A stretch of 64,000 bases of DNA from Candidatus Bathyarchaeota archaeon (GTDB lineage: Archaea; Thermoproteota; Bathyarchaeia; Bathyarchaeales; Bathycorpusculaceae), in contig CAWAKC010000001.1 of assembly GCA_963782525.1 (NCBI GenBank), positions 416,001-480,000 of the forward strand, in the 5' to 3' direction. The stretch's first letter is position 1; the number at the start of each line of letters is the position of its first letter. A program made the position numbers and the translations under genes. Shown here in pieces: positions 52,793 to 61,568 of this stretch. Below the pieces are notes generated by a model. The model was not told where the DNA came from. It did no database searches and saw nothing but the letters and a program-made list of their open reading frames with translations.

Positions 52793-55714
52793 TTATCGTT
52801 GCTTTCTAAGCATTAGAATTGCTAGTACAGCGCCGACGATGATGATGACGACGATTATGGTTATTCCGACGGTCATGAGGTCTGAAGAGGTCAGTGATGC
52901 TGGTGCCGTTGTTGGTGCAACTGTGGCATGCGATTCCATGATGTTGAAGGTGGTTTCAGTGTGTGATGGCCAGTAACCGTTTGTTCCTGCAAATGTTGCC
53001 AAGACTGTGAAGTCGCCTGGAACGGTTGGTGTGTATGTGAGACTATAGGTGCCTGTTTCATCGGTTGTTGCGCTGCCAATGGAGTATTGATTTCCGTTTG
53101 AATCGACAACGCTCAGGTCGACTTTAACGCCGGTGAAATTAGTCGGTTTTGCTGCTTGCTGGTAGACATAGCTCATCCAATCACTCATACTTGAATCAGA
53201 TGCGCATGGGACGCCAGCTGGGAAGTTTGCTGCTTGCTGTGTTTGCTTTGTTCCAGCTGAAGTGTCAGTAACAGTGCCGCGTATTACCACTGGGGCTCCG
53301 AATGCTGAAACTGCAGGTTCTGCTGAAACTGTAGTAGCGCTGCTTCCTCGACCAACACTGTAGATTTGGTTGTCGTAGCCGTTTGTGAACACGCTAAAAC
53401 CGTCTGCGATAGCATAGCTCATTTGGCTGAATTCGCCGGTGTAATCTGAGAGTGTCCAGATTTCTTGTCCTGTAGTGGCATTTACTGCGCGGGCTAAAGC
53501 TCCTTTATAGATTGGGTCTGTAATTGTGTGTTCTGTAGTGACTAAGTAGATGACGCCGTTGCCAACTGCGTTGAGGAAGGTCGGGTAATCGCCGTAGGGT
53601 GTGCTTAAGGTTTTAGTTGTGTTTCCTGCTCCTCCGTTTCCGTATGTCCAATCAAGGTGTCCGGTTGTATCATCGTAGCAGTAGAGTATGCCCGAGAATG
53701 AGCAGTCGTAGAGTTTGCCGTATGCAATTTGGCTTGGTTGCCAGATGAAGTATGGTGCACCGTAGTAGTCAAAAGCTGTTTGAGCTGGAGTTGGACCCCA
53801 TATTTGGGCTCCGGTTGTTAAACTGTAGCCGTAGTATTGTTGTGTTTCTTGATATGACATCATGAAGACGTTGGTTGTTGGGTCTGCACCTGCAAATTTG
53901 AGGGTAAGGTTTCCCGTTGGTGGATCATAGGTCTTGGACCAAAGTACTTGGCCTATTGCACCGTTTGAGGCGTTGAGGTTTACTGCGAAGAGTGTGTAGG
54001 GGAGCTGTGGGTAGCCTGCACCGCTTGCGGCATAACCAGTTGGTAAGGATCCATTTCCGCAGAGCATCATGTTACCTGTGAATGCAGCGTAGACTGTAAC
54101 GGGGTTTGTTCCAGCAGCCGGTGTTGAGTATACTCCTGTAGCAGCGTTGTAGGTTTGTTGCAGTGGCATCGTGTTAAGCCAAGGCACAGAAATGTTCCAA
54201 TCATAGGTGGCTAATGAAGCATTTCCTGCGCCCGTTTGGTAAACACCACCGGTTGAAGCTGGCAGAGGTATGTTCCCGTTGACGATTAGGCTTGAGCCGT
54301 ATGGTGCAAGGAAGCTTGTACCGTTGGGTAGTGTTCCGCTTGTGCCTGTAAGGGCGATTGGAACAGCGGTGATTAGTAAGCCGTTGCTTGCGTTAACGAT
54401 TGATGGTGAGGTGCTGCCGCTGAAAGTGTATGGGTTAATGTCGTATTGCCAAAGTTTAGATGAATTCCACTGTGCTAAGTACCATTGAGGATTTGTTGGT
54501 GTGCCTGCGTTAGCAAAGACGTATCTTAATTGCTCACCATTTGGACCCATAGTTGTCGCTGAACCGCCGGGAACGCCAGTTACATTGAACAAAGCAGTAC
54601 TTGTGAATGCATCGAAAACTTGTGCCCAGTTAGCTGTTACTAGCATTGGTGGGAAAACGCCGTGTTGGTCAGGGTCCCACAGGTTGTAAATGTAGCCGAA
54701 AGATAGCGCTGGGATGCTGTTTGAAGACCAAGCGAGCTGTCCTGTTCGTAGGTCAACGCATTTGAGTGGTCCGTTATTTGGAGCTGTGAAGCCTACTGGT
54801 TCAGTGTAGTAGAGGTAGCCGTTGATTACTATCGGGTTAGTGAATCTTTGATTGTATGCAGAGCCTTCAAAGTATCCGACGCCTTGACCAGAGTAATCGT
54901 TTCCTCCGACTACTCCGCCGAACTGAATGGGTTTTGTCCACATTACGTGAGGGGTTTGGGAACCGACTGCGTCTCCTGGGTATCGTTGAATGTATGCTTG
55001 CGCTGTGAAACCGGTGAGTGTGTTAAAGCCAGTTGTCGATATAACGCCTGAACCTGTTCCTAGCCAGTTTGAAGAAATAGACCACCAGTCACTATTTTGA
55101 CCGTAGATTGGTCGTGTCCAGTATTCAGTTGGCATGGGAACACCAGATAGGGGTTGAGGAATAGGTTCTTGTTGAACTGTAAGTGTTGTTGATGCTGTGC
55201 TTGGCAGATAAGTGTCATTGATAAGTTGTGATCCAGAGTAACCGTTGCCGTTTGCTCCATAGACTTGTCCTAGGTAAGTGAAGTTGAGAGTATAAGTACC
55301 AACCATGGTGGGAGTAAAAGTATATCCTTGAGCGCTGTCTGAGCTTGTGATGACGGGGAAGAGTTGTGTTGTTGCTGTGCCGTTGGGTGGTGTTATAGTA
55401 AGCTGATAGTTTATGAATCTCCAGCTGTTTGAGAGTAATGCTCCACTGGATGTAGAACCGTTGGTTCCTAGAGTTGCTCCAGAGCCGCCTGCTGAACCGT
55501 AAAGTGCGTCAAGCCACATGTATACGTTGATTGATTGACCGACACCCACAGGGTTCGGCTCTGCAACAATGTAGGCATATGTTGGAATTTGCCAAGATGG
55601 TGTGTGGGCGTTAGCTGAGGGCAAAAGTACAAGCGAAGCGGAAATACTCAGCATTAGAATGATTGCGATTGTAGAAGCCATAATTTTTGTTTTTTTATTT
55701 GTAAAAGATAGCAT
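52793..55714 (-). CDS. PQQ-like beta-propeller surface protein, paralogue 5
   Basis: Same architecture with insertions; DQHG, TEHT, LRKQR. Confidence 0.88.
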   Translation of the reverse strand: MLSFTNKKTKIMASTIAIILMLSISASLVLLPSANAHTPSWQIPTYAYIVAEPNPVGVGQSINVYMWLDALYGSAGGSGATLGTNGSTSSGALLSNSWRFINYQLTITPPNGTATTQLFPVITSSDSAQGYTFTPTMVGTYTLNFTYLGQVYGANGNGYSGSQLINDTYLPSTASTTLTVQQEPIPQPLSGVPMPTEYWTRPIYGQNSDWWSISSNWLGTGSGVISTTGFNTLTGFTAQAYIQRYPGDAVGSQTPHVMWTKPIQFGGVVGGNDYSGQGVGYFEGSAYNQRFTNPIVINGYLYYTEPVGFTAPNNGPLKCVDLRTGQLAWSSNSIPALSFGYIYNLWDPDQHGVFPPMLVTANWAQVFDAFTSTALFNVTGVPGGSATTMGPNGEQLRYVFANAGTPTNPQWYLAQWNSSKLWQYDINPYTFSGSTSPSIVNASNGLLITAVPIALTGTSGTLPNGTSFLAPYGSSLIVNGNIPLPASTGGVYQTGAGNASLATYDWNISVPWLNTMPLQQTYNAATGVYSTPAAGTNPVTVYAAFTGNMMLCGNGSLPTGYAASGAGYPQLPYTLFAVNLNASNGAIGQVLWSKTYDPPTGNLTLKFAGADPTTNVFMMSYQETQQYYGYSLTTGAQIWGPTPAQTAFDYYGAPYFIWQPSQIAYGKLYDCSFSGILYCYDDTTGHLDWTYGNGGAGNTTKTLSTPYGDYPTFLNAVGNGVIYLVTTEHTITDPIYKGALARAVNATTGQEIWTLSDYTGEFSQMSYAIADGFSVFTNGYDNQIYSVGRGSSATTVSAEPAVSAFGAPVVIRGTVTDTSAGTKQTQQAANFPAGVPCASDSSMSDWMSYVYQQAAKPTNFTGVKVDLSVVDSNGNQYSIGSATTDETGTYSLTYTPTVPGDFTVLATFAGTNGYWPSHTETTFNIMESHATVAPTTAPASLTSSDLMTVGITIIVVIIIVGAVLAILMLRKQR

Positions 55715-55975
55715 TTGTTTTTTTCTCCTTTTAACCTATTCTCTCACATAAGTCTTGCTCATATATAATATTTTTTAATTTTGGCTTCAAAGCTCAAATA
55801 TTTTTTAAATAGTGCATTAACGTGGAAATATTCCACTACAAACGTTATCAAAACGTATTCAATAACTCAATCACAGCCACAAATAAAACAGATAATGCTG
55901 TTAAATTTATGACGATAGTTTACTTGGCAATTACAAGATAATGATATTAACAACAAACAAGTAAAAAGACCGAAG

Positions 55976-56950
55976 ATGACAACTAAAATAGATTCACTAA
56001 ATCTCAAAATTCTTAAAGATTTACTCAGTGAAGGAAGAAAACCATTTGCTGAAATTGCTGAGGAAAACAATGTCTCTAAAGAAGTTGTTTCAAAAAGGTT
56101 CAAGCAACTAAAAGCGAAGGGAATAATTTTAGGATTCACCACACAAAATAGTGTCAGATGCTATGGCGCCAGCTTTGTTTCAAACATTTTTATTCACGTT
56201 GAACATGGCGGAGTGGAAAATGTCATCAAAGAGTTGAAGAAAATACATAACGTGACCCAGGCTTATCCCTTGGCAGTGGAACAAAAAGTAATAACCGACG
56301 TTACTTTTAAAAACATAGAGGAAGTAGAATCTACTAAAAAAATAATACAGAGAATATCAGGCGTTCTGAGAACTGACATTACAATTTGGACTGGATTCAG
56401 AAACACTCCAGAAAACTTATCTTTTTTCAACCATGAAGATGTAGTCGGCACAGAAACAGTTGAAAAAAGTGACTTCATTAAAAGAAAAACAGGCATAGAA
56501 ATCGATGCGATTGACAAAGTCATCGTAGACAAGCTGTCGTTAAATGGCCGTATGCCCTTTGCAGATATTGCTAACCCGCTTGGAGTATCAATTGAAACCA
56601 TAGCACGAAGGTATGAAAAACTCAAGCAAAACGGCGACCTAAAAGTGGTTGTCCAAATAGACCCCACCAAACTAGGATATTATGCCTTTGGTAGATTCAC
56701 CTTTTCTTTTCGCCAGGAAGCTTTAGAGGGCAACCTGAAAATAATCTCCAAGCTTCTTGATGTGAATAGAATTACCAAATCTGCTGGCTTTCATGATTTA
56801 AGATTCACGTTAATGATAAGAGATATCAATCATTTCATAAAAGTGCAAGATGAGATGCTTCTTTTGCCCAATGTAACTAAAATAGAGACTAGTATAACAA
56901 AAATGCTTTGTCCTTGGCCTATGCAAAGAGAATTTATTTCAACATTTTAG
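55976..56950 (+). CDS. Double-domain Lrp/AsnC regulator
   Basis: Two HTH+RAM repeats (GRKPFAEIA and GRMPFADIA); divergent from paralogue 5. Confidence 0.9.
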   Translation: MTTKIDSLNLKILKDLLSEGRKPFAEIAEENNVSKEVVSKRFKQLKAKGIILGFTTQNSVRCYGASFVSNIFIHVEHGGVENVIKELKKIHNVTQAYPLAVEQKVITDVTFKNIEEVESTKKIIQRISGVLRTDITIWTGFRNTPENLSFFNHEDVVGTETVEKSDFIKRKTGIEIDAIDKVIVDKLSLNGRMPFADIANPLGVSIETIARRYEKLKQNGDLKVVVQIDPTKLGYYAFGRFTFSFRQEALEGNLKIISKLLDVNRITKSAGFHDLRFTLMIRDINHFIKVQDEMLLLPNVTKIETSITKMLCPWPMQREFISTF

Positions 56951-57053
56951 TACTTCAATATGCTCCAATTTTCAACTAGCTATCATTCATTGAATAACGA
57001 CCACTTTTTTCTTCTACAAACAGTCCATGAATTCATCTAAAATCAGCCTATCC

Positions 57054-57092
57054 GCCAAAAATCGCCCATCCGAGCCCGCCTCACCCACCACA
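57054..57092 (+). repeat. Degenerate copy of the tRNA-Val 3' half (att-like scar)
   Basis: GCCAAAaaTCGCCcaTCCGAGcCCGcCTCa-CCCACCACA aligns to 52328..52367. Confidence 0.75.
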
Positions 57093-57343
57093 TTTTAACT
57101 AAAGGAGCTTGATTTTGAACTTATTTGGGGGTAATGATGTATTTGCTCACAAGGACGAAGGGTTTGCTGGGCTCTGTTAAGGGAAAAAGAGGAAGAATAG
57201 GAACAAACCCCTGCTCCACGCAGCAGCTTCGATCTACGTTGAGGTTTAACAGAGCACTCTCAGCCCCTCATAGACTTCTTCGTTTGTTGTTAATTTGAAA
57301 AAAATAAGAAAAAAGGAAGATTGATGTTGGTTTTTTGGTTTTC

Positions 57344-59842
57344 TTATGGTCGCTTTCTAAGCATCAATGCAATCAGTACAATCCCGATTATGATCACTAT
57401 CAGGATTAATGCAATTGATACCGGCAGGAAGTATGTGTCAGCCATCGATGCGGGTGGTTGTTGTGTGGGTGTCGGCGTTGATATTGGGTTGGCAATCGTG
57501 AAGCTTGTTCCACCGCTTGAGGAATAGTATGATTCAGTTCCGCCAAAGGTAGCTGTGACTCTGTATAGACCGGATATTGCTGGTGCGGGCCATGAGAATG
57601 CATAATTGCCTAGGCTGTCACTTGTCGTTGTTCCTATTGGGATTATGTTTCCGTTAGGGTCAATTGCGGTTAAGGTTACGGTAACGCCTGTTGCATTGGT
57701 TGGCTTTGGTTGTTGCATATAGAGGTATTGCATCCATGCTGTCATGCTATCATCGGATACTGCGGGAGTACCTGCTGCGGGAGTATTGAAGGCGGTTTGT
57801 CCGGGTGACTGATCAGTTACTGTACCTTGAATGAGAACATCAGAACCGATGGTTGAAGGCAGTGTTGGCGCAGTCACGGTTGTTGCTGTTTGTCCTTTAC
57901 TGAAACAGTAGAGTTTTCCGTCGTAATTGTTGTAGGTTACTAAACTATTGTAGGCGACGATTGGAGCGGGCATGAATCCTTCTATGCTCCATATCTGGGT
58001 TCCATTCATTGCGTCAAAGCAGTAGAGTCGTTCGTTTGGATACAAGGCTGAGTTTGGACTGTGCTCGTTAGTAGCGGCATATACTTTTCCGTCGGCGACG
58101 ATTGGTGCTCCGTAGAATGGCGATTGACCATATGGTTCCGTAAAGCCAGTGCTTCCAGTAGACCCAAACCACATCAAGTTTCCGTTTGTCATGTTATACG
58201 CATGGACACCATCGTATCCTGAACTGTATAGTACACCGTTAGCAACTGTTGGGTTTCCGGCGCCTGCACCCATGTAACTTTGACTGTAAAAGCCCCATGA
58301 ATTGTTGTAGGCTGCGGTTGGTCCCCAGATTTTCTGTCCTGTCAGAGCATTGTAGCCGTACCATTGTGTTGTGGCTTGGTTAAAGTATGCAAAGACGCCG
58401 TTTTGGATTGGGCTGAAATTGTATTGTGGACGACTGGTGAAGAATGGACTAATCGTGTAATTCCACATTTGATGCCCATCTTTTGCGCTGTAACCCATAA
58501 CTACGACGTATGGTGTAGATGCAGTGGCGTTAGCTACTGCGGTTAATAAAACGTCAGGGCTGATGGTTATCAAGGATTGCCCAGCTACTGTAGGTATTGT
58601 TGTGTTCCATTGAATGCCCTTTCGCCACTCGTATGTTCCAGCTAGGGGTCGCCATTCACCGTTTTTGTTTCCCGGTTCACTGTAGATTTGCATGCCGTTA
58701 GCGACAAAGGCCTGTGTTGAATTCCACATAGCGATATAACTGGCAGTTACCAGATAGACCAGCATTTCACCATGTCCACCCATTATTATTCTACCTGATG
58801 ATGCGTTAGCGAAACTTGTTATTAGGTTGCCTGAGAATGGGTCATAACATCGGTAAGTTGATCCTGTTTGCCATAAGTACGGAATGACTCCTGCTTGGTT
58901 AGGTGATTCGTAGTCGTAGAGTTGACCCAAAGTTAGAGTGATGTTTTGCCACCATACCTGTTTGCCAGTAGCTAAATTAACGCATACAGCGCCTGCACCG
59001 TTCACATTGTTTGAGAGCGGCAAGTTGTAGAATAAGAGTCCGTCCATGATGATTCCAACGCCATTCCATTTTGGTTCGTATGAAAGGCCTGTGTAGTAGT
59101 CCGTGTCGTTAAATACTCCGCCCACCATACCTGCAATTGCCAGAGGTTGAGTCCAAGCAATATGAGCACTATTGGGTGCTATTGTGTACGGGTTGAAGGC
59201 TCCAAGATCAGCTGCATAACCGGTTCCAAACTGCAGTGGTATGCTAAGCCAGTTTCCTGAAATGGTGTTCCAAAAACTGTTTGCGCCTTGTATAGGTGCT
59301 GACCAATAGTCACCAGGCATGGGCAACGCTGTCTCTGGGTAGAAGGGTATAGGTTCTTGCTGTACTGTGACAGATACGCTTTGAGATAAGCTTGGTTGAT
59401 AATAGACTGAAAATGAGGTTGCGCTAGGCCCGGTTACTGTTGAGCTCACGTTTATGTATTGACCCGGGAAGCTGAATTGGAAGGAATAAACTCCTGCTGT
59501 CGTTGGGGTAAACGCTGAGTAGGCTGTTCCAATATCATCTGAACTTAATGGACCTATTGTTTGGTTGCTTCCATCAGGCAGGGTTACTGTCACTTGATAG
59601 CCTTGAAAATCTACGCTTGTTCCTGTTTTGTCAAATGGAGGTATTTCGGCAAGCCACATTACAACAAATAGTTGTTGGCCAACTCCAATTGGACTTGGGG
59701 TTGCACTGACAAATGCATGGGTAGCTGCGGGAACTGAACTTTGTTGAGCTTGAACACTTGTCGTTAGAGGCAAGGCAATTGCCAATATCAGAAGGAAAGT
59801 GATCATAGTAGCCATAGTTTTGGTTTTTCGCATTTCAATCAT
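57344..59842 (-). CDS. PQQ-like beta-propeller surface protein, paralogue 6
   Basis: YESPNQAG, NEHSP, LRKRP. Confidence 0.88.
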   Translation of the reverse strand: MIEMRKTKTMATMITFLLILAIALPLTTSVQAQQSSVPAATHAFVSATPSPIGVGQQLFVVMWLAEIPPFDKTGTSVDFQGYQVTVTLPDGSNQTIGPLSSDDIGTAYSAFTPTTAGVYSFQFSFPGQYINVSSTVTGPSATSFSVYYQPSLSQSVSVTVQQEPIPFYPETALPMPGDYWSAPIQGANSFWNTISGNWLSIPLQFGTGYAADLGAFNPYTIAPNSAHIAWTQPLAIAGMVGGVFNDTDYYTGLSYEPKWNGVGIIMDGLLFYNLPLSNNVNGAGAVCVNLATGKQVWWQNITLTLGQLYDYESPNQAGVIPYLWQTGSTYRCYDPFSGNLITSFANASSGRIIMGGHGEMLVYLVTASYIAMWNSTQAFVANGMQIYSEPGNKNGEWRPLAGTYEWRKGIQWNTTIPTVAGQSLITISPDVLLTAVANATASTPYVVVMGYSAKDGHQMWNYTISPFFTSRPQYNFSPIQNGVFAYFNQATTQWYGYNALTGQKIWGPTAAYNNSWGFYSQSYMGAGAGNPTVANGVLYSSGYDGVHAYNMTNGNLMWFGSTGSTGFTEPYGQSPFYGAPIVADGKVYAATNEHSPNSALYPNERLYCFDAMNGTQIWSIEGFMPAPIVAYNSLVTYNNYDGKLYCFSKGQTATTVTAPTLPSTIGSDVLIQGTVTDQSPGQTAFNTPAAGTPAVSDDSMTAWMQYLYMQQPKPTNATGVTVTLTAIDPNGNIIPIGTTTSDSLGNYAFSWPAPAISGLYRVTATFGGTESYYSSSGGTSFTIANPISTPTPTQQPPASMADTYFLPVSIALILIVIIIGIVLIALMLRKRP

Positions 59843-59923
59843 TTTTTTTTCTCCATTAGATATTTTTCTTTTTCTCCAATTTCATGGATAAAGTAAACAG
59901 CCCCAAACCGCTATTAAGACTTT

Positions 59924-59938
59924 CTCACCTATTGCGAG
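59924..59938. promoter_or_regulatory. Operator CTCAC-CTATT-GCGAG (1 mismatch), 5 nt upstream of TATA (CTTAATAG)
   Basis: Conserved motif and spacing. Confidence 0.72.
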
Positions 59939-60129
59939 TGCAAGAAAGCGGTTTCTCTTTTGTATCGTAAGCAAGATTTCTATAGAGCATCTGTCAAAAA
60001 GAGTTGGAGGTGTTGTAAGATTAGCTCGTAAGCATCGATGACGGGTTGGTTTGAAAAAGCAAGTTTACATTTTTTTATAAAAAAGAGTAAATATGCCGTT
60101 CTATAGCTTAAGAAACGTTTGATATACCT

Positions 60130-61023
60130 ATGAGAAAGGGAAAGGGGACTTCCACAAGCAAATTCGGCACCTCAAAAAGAGAGAATCATGATTCATCCCT
60201 TTTCTACAACTCAAAGCTGTATCAGGGAAGAACCCCAAAAAATCAACCGACTAATGTCGTTGAGAATCAAATAAATGCAGACGTCTTAGACAGAATATAT
60301 TGTTCAAGCAGCGAAAAAATGACTGAATTACCCGATAACAGTGTTCATCTAATGGTCACTTCGCCACCGTATAATGTCTCTAAGGAGTACGATCAAAATC
60401 TTAGTTTGGATGAGTACCGCACTCTACTTCTCAATGTGTTTAAAGAAGTTTACCGTGTGCTCGTTTGCGGTGGAAGGGCATGTATAAACGTAGCGAACGT
60501 TGGAAGAAAACCCTACATTCCACTGCATAGCTATATTATTCAAGATTTGCTCTGCCACGAAGTCGGCTTTCATATGCGTGGGGAGGTAATCTGGGATAAG
60601 TCTGCGAGTTCGGGAACTTCAACAGCATGGGGAAGCTGGAAATCAGCGACTAACCCAACCTTAAGAGATACGCATGAATACATTTTGATTTTTTCAAAGG
60701 ATACCTATTCAAGAAGCGGAAGAGGAAAGAAGAATACCATATCTGCCCAAGAATTCTTATCATTCACCAAGAGCGTTTGGACGTTTCCTACGGAATCCGC
60801 TAAAAGGGTTGGTCATCCCGCTCCTTTTCCCGTGGAGTTACCATATAGGCTAATTCAGTTGTATACTTTTGAAGACGATATAGTTCTCGACCCGTTTATG
60901 GGGAGTGGCGCAACCGCACTTGCGTCACTTAGAACCAATCGCCACTTTATTGGCTATGACACTAAACCCGAATATGTGAAGTTAGCGGAAAAGAGAATTA
61001 AAGCTGAAGTAGCCGACTTGTAG
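60130..61023 (+). CDS. Beta-class N4/N6 DNA methyltransferase
   Basis: Catalytic TSPPY precedes HPAPFP and the SAM-binding motif DPFMGSG. Confidence 0.93.
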   Translation: MRKGKGTSTSKFGTSKRENHDSSLFYNSKLYQGRTPKNQPTNVVENQINADVLDRIYCSSSEKMTELPDNSVHLMVTSPPYNVSKEYDQNLSLDEYRTLLLNVFKEVYRVLVCGGRACINVANVGRKPYIPLHSYIIQDLLCHEVGFHMRGEVIWDKSASSGTSTAWGSWKSATNPTLRDTHEYILIFSKDTYSRSGRGKKNTISAQEFLSFTKSVWTFPTESAKRVGHPAPFPVELPYRLIQLYTFEDDIVLDPFMGSGATALASLRTNRHFIGYDTKPEYVKLAEKRIKAEVADL

Positions 61024-61069
61024 GCTAAGCAAGAACAAACAAAACTATCAAATAGAAACGTAGTAATTT

Positions 61070-61500
61070 TTACCTTAAAAAATTTTGAAACCAAGAGAGC
61101 GCATTAGCCCTTTTAACCTTCAATAAACTAACAAATTTCATTAATTGCCTTTCTTCGGTTACATCAAAGATACCGTCGATATCTCTGTCCTTGTAATCTA
61201 TCAATTCATCAGAGCATAACGTTTGTTGCGATGTAGAAATAAGAGCCCACTTTTTTTCTTTTAAATTCTTCAGCATTACTGAAAGCTTTCTTCTCAGTAT
61301 CACTTCTGAGCATTCATGCTCTGCACAGCTGGCAGATAGTTCCATCTGGATTCTACACGTAAGTTGCTGAGCCTTTTGCCTCTATTCCAATTATTCTAGG
61401 TATACCAAAATCGATTAACCGTGAAACATACAAACTGCATCATTTTTCCAAACCAATTTTGAAGATTGGTCGGTTTAGATTTGGATAAGATTTTGAAAAA
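61070..61500 (-). pseudogene. Possible decayed PD-(D/E)xK restriction endonuclease
   Basis: Stop-riddled minus frame DAVCMF..PRIIGIEAKGS upstream of ORF 61070..61345; converges on the methyltransferase. Confidence 0.45.
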
Positions 61501-61568
61501 CCGTTAAAAGCGATGTTGCTACGTCCCAATATTAAGTTCGTTATTTAGGACCATAACCAAAAATTTCC

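Noticed and set aside
50389-57092. Split (trans-spliced) tRNA-Val from the 5' and 3' half copies
   Set aside because: An intact gene lies between them, the 3' copy has broken stems, and no complementary leader/trailer or BHB motif was seen.
32553-59842. Diversity-generating retroelement or invertible shufflon acting on the propeller genes
   Set aside because: No reverse transcriptase or recombinase, no near-identical TR/VR pair with A-specific mismatches seen, and all copies are complete and co-oriented.
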